The translations under genes were made by a program, and so were the position numbers. A model generated the notes under the pieces. It saw nothing but the letters and a program-made list of their open reading frames with translations, ran no database searches and was not told the DNA's origin. This document shows, piece by piece, positions 38,501 to 48,639 of a DNA stretch of 64,000 bases. The stretch is from Lepidodermella squamata (taxonomy: Eukaryota; Animalia; Gastrotricha): positions 434,001 through 498,000 of the forward strand of contig JBLDXI010000009.1 of assembly GCA_047495785.1 (NCBI GenBank). The letters are read 5' to 3'. Position 1 is the first letter of the stretch; each line of letters opens with the position of its first letter.

Positions 38501-38866
38501 ATTCGCCCGCCTCCGATGAACCCGCTCGCCGGTAACATGAACGCGCCCATGATGAACCCGCTCGGTGCCGGTCCTCGCGGGCCTCGTGGCGGGCCGCCAC
38601 CTATCATCCGCCCGGCGCCAATGGGCCCGGGTGGTGGCGGCATGGGCATGCCGGGCTTCGGCGGGCCGCGTGGTGCGGGTCCGATGGGCGGTGGCGGACC
38701 TCCGGGCGGAGGCGCTGCGAGTGGCGTGCCTGGCGCCGGGCTGCTTTCCAACCTGACATCGGTGACAAACAACCTGACGAGCGGTCTTCAGGAGAAAGCC
38801 GGGGGTCTGCTGGGTGGTGCTGGCGGGAAAGCCGCGCAGGCCGTTGACCAGTGCAAGCAGCAGTGA
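14584..38866 (+). CDS. RIMBP2: RIMS-binding protein (RIM-BP; RIMBP2/TSPOAP1 family), ~3000 aa, 25 coding exons
   Basis: Phase-consistent exons 14584-14727, 15483-16014, 16247-16618, 18134-19332, 20333-20374, 23457-23606, 24111-24242, 24300-24383, 24442-24534, 26850-26972, 27054-27209, 27275-27542, 30465-30521, 30702-30772, 31019-31565, 31627-31773, 31844-32602, 33110-33289, 33346-33774, 34052-34115, 34487-35077, 35133-36016, 36297-36473, 37005-38200, 38258-38866 (9006 nt). RIM-BP coiled coil ([22 protein letters not shown]); SH3-[18 protein letters not shown]; three FN3 repeats; SH3-[20 protein letters not shown]; SH3-III AVYDYAP..GLVPSNF. The 5'-most exons are less certain. Confidence 0.88.
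37010..37870 (+). repeat. Coding CAA/CAG polyglutamine tracts and QPGM-type peptide repeats in RIM-BP
   Basis: Several poly-Q runs and repeated MGQ/NQPGM/QQPGM units between SH3-II and SH3-III. Confidence 0.85.
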
Positions 38867-40108
38867 ACAACCAGCCTTTCTACATTTTCTATGCGCATCT
38901 CTCAACACGCATCTAGCGCCTCTATTTGCTGTGTACAGTCGATCAATCCTCAACAAGTCGTTTTTTTTCAAACTGTCTTGCGCTTCTCTCTGTTCGGAGC
39001 GCGCAACAACAACTGGCAAAACTCCTATTGCATTGCTAAAACACAAACAGGCGCACGTGCGCGCGGCGCTCTCTTTCGACAAATTATTTGATCTGTTTTT
39101 GAAATGTTAGTTATTTTTATGATATACAAATACCAAGCAAAAAACAATACTGCCGCTTGCTCTTTTCTTCTCATGATGACCGGCTAATGTGTCACTTCTT
39201 CATTACTACCTGTCATTGTCATAAAAAAATACATGTTAATTTTATAATTTCGAATATGCTCGACGAATAAGCGAATCGACGAAGCCACTAATATTGACGC
39301 CTATCTATTCTAAAATGAGTCCTCTGCAATCATCTCTAGTCGCCGCTATGTCTTTTTGATTTTTTCAACCCTCTCGCATTGGGGTCTTTTGAAAACGACC
39401 CGATGAAAAATACTTTACTTGCATCACTATTATTGATTGAGATAATTATTCAAGCGCGATACGAACTGAGTAAGCGTAAAACATTTCTAAAATGCTTCAT
39501 TTAGTTGGAATAACGCCTTATAGCGCAGTAAAAGCTGCAAATCTATGCTGCCAATGTACCTATGATTGATGTATAGCAGTATACTATGTAAGACGCGATC
39601 TCAATTCCGACAGCATCAACAAATCTGTAAAAATACTGTAAATTTTGCCTATAATCAGAAAGCCGAAATTTTATTTTGTCTTGTAAAATTTTATTGAAAA
39701 TCGATTATACCAATGAAACACAACACGATCGAAAAATGTATAGAAACAGCGAGAAATTTCGAAAACTTCTTGTTATTGTTGTCGTCTCGGAAAATTTTCT
39801 CTTGAAAAAGCGCTTATATTCGTATATCCTCAGATTTATAAAAGATGAATGAATGATGGATGATCAATGGGCATTTTTGAAGGTAAGAGCCCTTACGCAC
39901 ACGCTATAGATTATTGAAGTATCAAATTATATATTAATAAATTATAATGTTTAAAAATTATAAATCATAATACGCGATCAATATTAAAACCAAAAAATTA
40001 TTGAATTATGATTATATATTGAACTTGCGAAGAAAACAAAACAAAATAAAAGAATGAAGCATTTTTGCTGTAAAAATGCCAGCCACTCTCGGGTCTTATT
40101 GTTATTTT

Positions 40109-42907
40109 TTATTGCCTGATAACCGAAAAAGCGAAGGCGTGAATAGCGACTAGCGCACCGACGGCGACGCCAAACGCGATGAGATCGATGAAACCAATCA
40201 GGGAGAATTTGCTGCAGGTTCCCGGCTTTGTAAATTTCTCCTCTCGAATGTAAACCAACCAAACTGTTACCAATTGATACAAAGTGCATGCAACTGAATA
40301 GAATGTAAGTAGTAGAAGATATTGCGGTAGAAGGACTTCTTGCGACGTTTTCGGAATGTTGTTATTTGCTTCGCTTTGGCTGACACAAAGCGCGAGAAGA
40401 ATGGTCACGGTGAAAGTTGGCCGTTCGGCTGTTTCTGGCGAGATCCAGAACGAGAAGAGACTTAGCAAAGCTAACGCAATAGAGGGTAGGATGAAATTAA
40501 CGATATAGTAATCATAGAGACGACTCAAAGTGATGCTGAAGGTAACAGTGCTCGCAGTGTTAGCGTTGGAGTGTAGAATGGTTTCTCCATCAGAAGATTC
40601 ATAGCCTTCTATTTTCCAAATATCGCCGTCTCCACTCGACATAAACATCGTAGGTAAGCTGAACCTTACGAGATCAGTCGATCTCTGCAGGGCAAATGTG
40701 AAGTCACAGGTTTGCTTGTCGAACGGAAATTTCCGGAGATTCAAACCGCAACCGACTCTGAAAATGCCACTGCGAGTCCAGAAGAAAGTCAGCGTTCGGT
40801 TCGTCGAGTTTTTGGGTAGTGTTTGTATGGCGAGCAGATCGTCTCCAAACTCGTCGCCTTTCATAAACACATTTGTGTCACTCGTTATGAACTGAAGCCC
40901 AGGAATCCAGACCTGATCAGGCCTAGCGACGAACATTCGTTCCGTTGCGCGCATTTTCATTACTGAAGATTGTTATATTTTTAATTTTTAAATAGACAAA
41001 TCAGAAATATAGAATTGTCCCCAGAAATATAGGTCGAGTAGCTTTGACAATTCGATATTTTACGGTATAACATTCGTAAATCGTTCATATCTGAACTCGC
41101 CGCACTCGATTTACTCATCGCAACTCGCCTCCGGCTCGTCACGACTCGTAAATCTCGGGCGGCTCCGTACAGATATAAACGTTTTACTCATGTCATACCA
41201 TACAAATATAACAATTATAACCTGAACTGTCTTTCGAGCAAGTCGTGACACTCCAGATAAGAAGGAGAACGCCGTAAACCGAGAATGTCTCCTATATCAA
41301 ACAAGAATGAGGTGGAACTGGATGCAAATATTTTAGCTAACCGTGACATCGTCAATGTCGTTGATTCGCTCGACGCTGAATGCAATAGTTATGATGTTTT
41401 GTTGGCCATTGTTTGGAGGCGCTGCTTGATCCGGGGAGAAGTCGTCGCAGACTTTGGCAACTTGGCTGGCAGTTATCACTGGTTTCGGGGTCTCAGGTGG
41501 AATGTCACTCGGGTACATAGCTGAGAGGCCAGAGGCGTTCAAAACTTGCGGAAGATCTGTCGTCGTTGTTGGATAAGTAACACGCTGGGGATTAGTCATA
41601 ATTGTTTGTATCTTCGCTATATCGGCTGCGGTAACAACTTCCGATGTAGATTTGATTTCCATCCCTGCTGCTGCCGTAGTAGCGTTCTGGTTGAGTGTGG
41701 ATCCAGCAGTAGAAGCTGTAGAAGTAGCAGTCGTAGTAGTAGTAGTAGTAGAGGTAGCAGTGGTAGACGTTTTTGCCGCCGTCGAAGTACTTTTCGAGGT
41801 TGTTGACGTCGGCGGCGTTTGAGTTGTTATCGGAACTTTCGAGTAGAAGTCTATGCTCTTGATTCTCATTTCGTCGGCTCTATCTTTGAAGTTCCGCGCT
41901 CCGATTCCAAACGTCAGAGGAAAAGCGTTGCTAGGTATAATTTGGCTACTATCAACGTTGACACAATCACACTCCTTAGTGGTAACATCGTCATATCTAG
42001 TGAAGCTAACCTGCGTTGTAATATATTTCAGAACGAATAAATTGCTATATCTAAAAATACTTACGAACATCTGGATACCGTCAGTCCTTATCTCGACCGT
42101 TATTTTTGAATTCATGTATCCGTCGCCGTCGCCTTTACCTACACATTGATCATTGCGCATGTGGCCATCGCTGTTCGATTTCCCGTCATCAGAGCTGAAC
42201 TTGTTAACATCGCTATTCTTGTCTTTATTTATGCTTGATATGGTATAAATGCTCTTTGCATAAGGATTCAGAAAGAAGCCCACCCCGACAAATTTTCCAG
42301 ACCCTTCATGAACGCCGTAAACGGAATCGGGAGGCGTGGCTACGCTCGCACTAGACACAAAAAATATTCCGAAACCGCTGGCTCTAGTCTGCGTGATATT
42401 TGGACCGAACTGAAGCACGATTCTAATGTAGACGTCTTTAAGTGAATTGAGTGAAGGAAGTGGCTGGCAGTCGAGGAAAAAAGCCGTATTAAATTCAAGA
42501 TTCAACTACCATTTAGTACCGTATTACTCCAAAATCCAGCTTCTTGCACTGAATCCAGGGTCAAAGTATTCGTCATCCTGATATCAGTTGGAGTGTCGGT
42601 CGGCTGTGGAATCGATGGGCTGGTTAGAAACCGCCAATTGCCTTAAAACAGAGCGCAAATGTAAAACTGTGCGGAACAAATTGAAGCTAAGCATTATAGC
42701 TAATACCTTTGTCACCATTGTAAGATAATCCGTCGATACGCTGCCAAGATGTCTGGATATTTGTAAGCACCGCTGAAGAAGAAAAACCCAGTTAGGACAC
42801 GACTGTGCGGCGAACAATTTCGCTCAAACCCCTCGGGGCCGGAATTCATTACCTTGCGCTGCATTCGACATGACCACAACCAACGAGATTACTCGCAACA
42901 ATTGCAT
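40109..42907 (-). CDS. L-type lectin + mucin stalk + Cys-loop ligand-gated ion channel fusion (~744 aa; LGIC-B)
   Basis: Exons (minus) 42907-42853, 42772-42707, 42641-42520, 42463-42065, 42010-41342, 41291-41222, 40962-40109, all in phase. Signal MQLLRVISLVVVMSNAAQ; lectin motifs IRMT..AGFWSNTP, RASGFGIFFV, FVGVGFFLN, LTFGIGAR..DEMRIKSIDF; Thr-rich stalk; WIPG; CGLNLRKFPFDKQTC; four TM segments. Confidence 0.88.
40963..41221. mobile_element. MITE-like insertion that makes up an entire 259-nt intron of LGIC-B
   Basis: 12-bp inverted repeat ATTGTTATATTT (40969-40980) / AAATATAACAAT (41204-41215) within ~6 nt of each splice site; CTGAA direct repeat at 40963-40967 and 41222-41226; intron absent from both paralogs. 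Confidence 0.55.
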
Positions 42908-43428
42908 GCTTAGAAAGTGTAGATTACTATTGCTAGAAGTTATTCTGCCCGGGCAAGCTACTTTTTCGTCAGCCACGCCCTGGGAAAAAAGATGCTTCTT
43001 TCAATTAATTGGCACACAGCGCAATTTAACGAGGAAAACATGCATTGCAAACAATTTTTAATGAACTGGAGTGGTGGCTGGAGGGGCTCATGGAATAACT
43101 AGCTGAGGAAGGAACAAGTAGACACCTGCTGTGAGACTCGATTGAGTTTCAAAAGCCCTCCGTTCTGGTTCTGGTTAGAGCTGCGTGAACTAGGACTAGA
43201 TTGTAATGTAGCTCGACATATCCTCCATTAATTTCTCACAGAGGTTAAGGACGAATAATTTTGAATTTTCCACTCTCGGTTTACACTTGAATAACCTTCA
43301 AATAAACCAATCTTATGGAGTATTCATACGATAAGTCAGTACAATTCAATGTGTAACAACGCTCCGTTTATTCCATCTTCAAGTTCATATGGGCTAGAAG
43401 AGTGAAAATTATGTAAAAGTTTTGCAGT

Positions 43429-45795
43429 CTACGACTTGATAACGTAAATTGCATAGCCATGAATCGCAGCTATAGCAGTGATACTGGCTGCAAAAGCCAG
43501 GACATCCAAGGTGGCCAGCAATGACAACTTTCCGAGCCCGGATCCTCGCTCTGAAACTTTCTCGCCACGAACGTAGGATAGCCACAGGGCGAAAAGCTGG
43601 TATAGAGTAACAACAACTGCGTAGAAGGTCAGCGCGAATAAGTATTGCGGTAGCAGTACGCTCTGAGAAGTCTTCGGGATACTGCTGGTGGCGTCTGAAG
43701 TTCCAACAGCCAGGGCTAACAGCAGTGTAACAGTGAAAGTAGCCCGCTCAGCAGTCTCGGGTTTCAACAAAAATGAAAATAGAGTCAACAGCGATAGAGC
43801 AAGGTTAGGTAGAATCATGTTGACGACGTAGTAGTAGTACAGACGTGACAACGAAATGCTGTATGTCACCTGGCTGACAGTGTTTGCATTCGAATGCAAA
43901 ATTGTTTCGCCTTTTTCGAACTCGCAACCCGTTACCTCCCATACATCAGCCCCAATTGCTGTGCAGAATACGTAGGTTTTTTCGAATATGACAAGATTGG
44001 AGCTGCGGGTTAGTGCAAACGTGAAGTCGCAGGTTTGCTTGTCGAACGGGAATTTTCGAAGATTCAAACCGCACGAAACTGTGAAGAGGCCACTCCGCGT
44101 CCAATAGAAGTTCAACGTTTTGTTCACCTGATTCTTCGGTAATTTTTGAATAGCGAGTAGGTCGTCGCCAAACTGATCGCCCTTCATGAAAACATTGCTG
44201 TCACTTGTGAGGAATTGAACGCCAGGTATCCAGACTTGGTCTAGCGATGGCACGAACATTCTCTCGGCTGGTTTGAAAACGGAGTCGCTACTTTCGACAG
44301 GGCACGTGGTTACAGCCCAGTGCATGAACAGAACACCGTAAATCGTGAATGTCTGATCAACGTCGTCGATGGAGTTCATCCGCTCGATACTGAATGCAGT
44401 GGTGAGGCGGGTAGGGTAGCCGTTGTTAGGGGGCGCTGCTTGGTCAGGACTGAAATCGTCGCACTGCTGTTGTACCTCGGTGACATTAACAGTAGGCTCG
44501 GCTGTTTCCGGCGCCTCTTTCGCATCTTTCGAGTAAATATCCGGCAACTTCTCATAGACGACGATCGGCTCTGTCTCAACGGTTGTAGCTTGTGTCGCAA
44601 TAGGCGCTTGCGTTACAGTACTTGGCGATGGTGGCAAAGTTGGCGGCTCTGCAGTAATCGGAGGATTCGCTATAGTTGTCGAAGTAGTTGGGCTCGGCGT
44701 TGTAGTAGTGCTAGTAGTAGTTGGTGTTGCTGTAGTTGATGGCGTAGTAGTTGGTTTTGTTGTTGTAGTTGTTGGAGAAGTGCTTGTGGTTGTTGTAGTG
44801 GTTGTTGTCGTCGGTTTAACTGGCGTAGTTTCGGCCGGATCTTTGAACCAAAATTCAATGTTCAAAACTCTCATTTCATCAGTGTCAGTTTTGTATGTTC
44901 GTGCGCCTATTCCGAATATGACTGGTTGGTCTTGGCTGGTGGTAATGAGGCTGGTTAGGGGATATTGCGTAATATCACAAGCTTTGGTTTGACCATTGGC
45001 CGTAAAAGTCATCTATCGAAATAGAGATTTGTAACTTCCGATAAAGGTTTTACGATCAATACATACCCACATATGAGTGGGGTCGGTCTCTATTTCCACT
45101 GTAACCGAAGACCTGTCTGGCCCAGCGTAAAACTGGTCGACAGCAGGAGGAATGCAATTGTTACCCACAGATTGCGATGCGGCATCGAAAAGTGTACCGG
45201 ATGGCTTCTTAGCAGTTGTTATCGTGTAAATACCCTTGAAACTTGGATTTAAAAATGTGCCCAGCCCGTCAAATGTTTTCTCCGCAACGCCATAAACACT
45301 AGTTGCAGCAGCTGCAGGTCTGACAACGGTGCTATCTCTGACGAAGAAAATTCCGAATCCGCTGGCACCAGTTGAGCCTTTGTTGGGTCCAAATTGAAGA
45401 TCAACTTTCACGTAGATATTTTTTAGCGTTAACAGGGGCTATGAGTAAGAGTTTTATGTAAATTTAAATTTTCTTGTCTTGACCCGTTAAATGGTACCGT
45501 TTTACTCCAGAATCCTGCTTCTTGTGTACCAGTCGCATTCGTTGTCAATCGAACCTGGGGCGAAGGCTGCGAAACGTTGGTGTAGAGATACCAGTTCGCT
45601 GTAATTAAATTTCGGAATATTATTCAGCGTCTAGGTCTGAAAAAAGAACAAACCGAGATTCCCGTCGATAAATGAAAGTTCATCGATTCGACGCCAACCA
45701 GCCTGAATGCTTCTACTAACTGGTGGAACGCCTTCAACAGGCAAAGCCTCCAAGAGACCGGTGATGACCATCAACAGCATACGTGCAGAGGACAT
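43429..45795 (-). CDS. L-type lectin + mucin stalk + Cys-loop ligand-gated ion channel fusion (~732 aa; LGIC-C), tandem paralog of LGIC-B
   Basis: Exons (minus) 45795-45654, 45598-45498, 45438-45067, 45012-43429. Signal MSSARMLLMVITGLLEALPVEG; VRLT..AGFWSKTP, GASGFGIFFVRD, SVYG..FDGLGTFLN, VIFGIGART..DEMRV; ~90-aa T/P stalk; WIPG; CGLNLRKFPFDKQTC; M2 ERATFTVTLLLALAV; IPKTS. Confidence 0.9.
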
Positions 45796-47700
45796 TTTGC
45801 GTTACTTGGTTACTTGTCAAGTCTCTTCATCAAATTAGAACTGTTGCGAGGAAAATTCTGCGCACATCCGCAGTCGAAGGCAACATCGAACAGAAGGTGT
45901 GTAAATAGCTGGTGGTGAAAATAACCATGCAAACATAAACACATTTTAATTGCCATCCGCTTCTTCGACACATGTTTTTTCTTCGCTTTTCAGCCGTGTT
46001 CCGATACAATTATACGGCCTAGGCACCGTTTCGAAGCGTTTTTTATTTGCCTAAAACATTACACACCCTATTTCTTTTCAACCTGTATATGGGTGTGGCA
46101 AAAAGCGAGAGCCAACTCAAAATTTGAGAAAAAATGCGTTTTCGCTGAATCGCCCAGCTTCATTTTTACTGGCTCATCTCGGTTGTCGATATGAGATATC
46201 GCAAATTTTCTTCTCACTTTAACGCAGAAGATAACCTAATGATTTGCGTATTTACTCTCCAGTCTGCAGACTGAACTGAAAAACTGAAACTTGATTCTGC
46301 TTCGATGATGAAAAACGGTGAAAAACGAGGCTCACGATTGAAGCTTTCAGTTAATTTTTTGCCTTCGTCGGATTTTGCACTTACAGCTCGACACACACCG
46401 GCGTTTAGTGTTTTTTTAATTAATAGCATCAAGGCTATTAAAGATCTTGGGACAGTTTTTTTTAAATGATAGCGATTAGACTTAGGTCTGAAGTGTTGAA
46501 TTCAACAATAAATTTTGAGGGAAAACACCTTGCGGTCATGTGCCAGGTCAAAGAAAACACGCTACCTCTGTTTTTTTACGAAATCAGCTGACTATGAGAT
46601 AGCAATTCCGGAAAAAATCATGGCAGATAGTTGGCATCATAGGCTTCCAAAATAAATATCATAATCTACACAGGCTCTACACCTTTAACACACAGGAATT
46701 TCTTTAAATGAATACACATAGGCGTGTGTTTCGACTAATACGGGTTAACTATTTTAACTTTTAACTTTTGATTTTCGAACGATTCGGCTCGAATTATTGC
46801 GCTTATCTATTGGCTCGTTTAATTAATGTCAGTCGGCAAAGAATAATGAAGTATGAATGGCACTAAGAAACTTTGCCTCCCACTGTAGGTAGCCAAAAGC
46901 GGTCATTTTGAATTTTTTCTAAACTTGTTTGATTGAACTAATAGGAAGACAGCTGCGGCTTTCGAAAAGCCGCTAAAAGCTTTGAACAAGTGGTCAAAAT
47001 TGACCTATAACTCAAAAATTCACATGTTCAAACCATTTATCTCTCATCGTTCTCTACCTAAATCTTGTTTATTTGCAGAACATATTTCTATAACTTTGGG
47101 TTCACGTGCCCAATAATTTCTGAGTTTTCATTTCGAATTTGTTAAATCACGAAATGTTGTATTTTCCTGGCAGAACAGGATTGGCTGGGACAAAACCAAA
47201 GCCATTGAAATCCGCTCTGCAAATAATGAACAAGCGAATTGAAGGGCGAAGAAGCTTGATTGTCTTCTCAATGCTATTCGACTATTATTTTGCGCCTAGA
47301 TTATTAAAGCCGGAAAAATAATCAACCGTCACCATTCAACTTTGTTAGTCATCTGTCATTCTACATTCCATCTCTCACGTTCACAGCGCGAAGTCTGCGT
47401 CCACGCCCTTTTTTACTGTGTTTTTGCCGTGATCGTTACCGTACATTTTCCGTAGTTTTACGAGCTGTTAAATCAATCGCGTTTTTCATTTGCCGTGATT
47501 TACGAGCTAACTTATAATAATAATTTTACCGATAATCATTTTACCGTGTTTTTACGAGATCCAAAAATGATTAGACCGTCGCCCAACCACGTACCAGCTA
47601 GGATTGGCGCGCGGATTAACATCGGTGATCGAACAGAAACGGTGCTTTTCGCTTGGTATGGCGACAAGCCATACTTGTTAATTCAATTTCTGAAGGGCGA

Positions 47701-48639
47701 TTCACAAACTCGTGTTTTCCTCATGAATGATGTAAAAGATTTTTTGCAGGCTCACTTGAATCATGAACGATGAACGAAACCCTTTCACTAATTATTTCAT
47801 AATTCATGATTCAAATAGCTGCTTAGCCAATTCTTTTCTTTTTATATGCGGTCAAAAAAGGAATGCGGCCGCAAGGCACAGAACTCACGACACTTGGCAC
47901 TTGGCATGATAGTTCGAGTTTAACCCACTGTGCCACCAGTGAGCTGTTGTTAATTCAGGCGTTTATGTCATCATCTCCTATTCTCGCTGTTGACTTAGAT
48001 ATTCTGAGCTATTGGGAAAAATGCATTAACAGTTCAAAAATTCAGTATTTTCAAAACCCATTTCAATAAATTAAAATCCTTTGACCTTTATCTTTGGCTA
48101 GAGCACTCTAATTGGGCCGATTAATTAGTCGACACTGATAAATCATTTTCTGAAATATTAATCAGGGGCTTCAAACTAACTGATTCAGTTATTTTTGGCG
48201 ATAATGATATCAGCCATAGCTTTGAGTCCGAATGGCTAGCGTTGAAGCGGGCAATGTTGTCGAGAAGAATTCGAAAATTGAATTAACGCTAGTTCTGCAG
48301 TTCTGAGACTGCAAGTCAATAGCAAAAATGGAACATAATGACAGAAACGCCCGCAATCACCGAAGCTCGCTAGTAGTATAGTGGTTCAGCTCAGAACGTG
48401 CGATACCAACATCATGGGTTCTGTGCTCAGTGGCGGCTTCGTTTTTTTTCGATCAACACAAAGTCGCACACAAAAAAGTCGCTATTTGAATCATGAATTA
48501 TGACAAATAATTTGTGAAAGGGTTTCGTTCATCGTTCATGATTCAAATGGCTTCTCGGCCGTTTTTTGCAAGAGATGAATTTTGCGCATAAAAAAGAACG
48601 ATGAATCATGAATATGTATTTTACACACGAGGTTGTGAA
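47701..48639. repeat. Diverged inverted repeat pair (arms ~47701-47996 and ~48313-48639), each containing a tRNA-like head
   Basis: 47756-47819 TTGAATCATGAACGATGAACGAAACCCTTTCAC..TTCATGATTCAAATAGC is the near-perfect reverse complement of 48481-48546. ORFs on opposite strands both end HLNHER*. Weaker homology extends inward and outward. Confidence 0.8.
48365..48449 (+). mobile_element. Degenerate tRNA-derived element (SINE head or tRNA pseudogene); inverted copy at ~47855-47945
   Basis: A-box-like TAGTATAGTGG, B-box-like GGGTTCTGTGC, ~73-nt span with an imperfect acceptor stem, followed by a T-run. Confidence 0.45.

Noticed and set aside
37071-39082. Long antisense ORFs (poly-C, poly-V, 278 aa) opposite RIM-BP
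   Set aside because: Shadows of GC-rich and CAG/CAA-repeat coding exons.
45010-45066. Abutting ORFs 45013-45411 and 43429-45012 (TAG directly followed by ATG), suggesting translational coupling or readthrough
   Set aside because: The TAG is the 3' splice site of a 54-nt phase-0 intron (45013-45066) at the same position as an intron in the paralog.
46050-47150. Transposase gene in the AT-rich spacer
   Set aside because: The texture suggests decayed non-autonomous repeats, but no ORF, catalytic motif or definable termini were found.
48365-48437. Functional tRNA gene
   Set aside because: The T-loop lacks the TTCGA consensus, the stems pair poorly, and the unit is embedded in a larger duplicated repeat.
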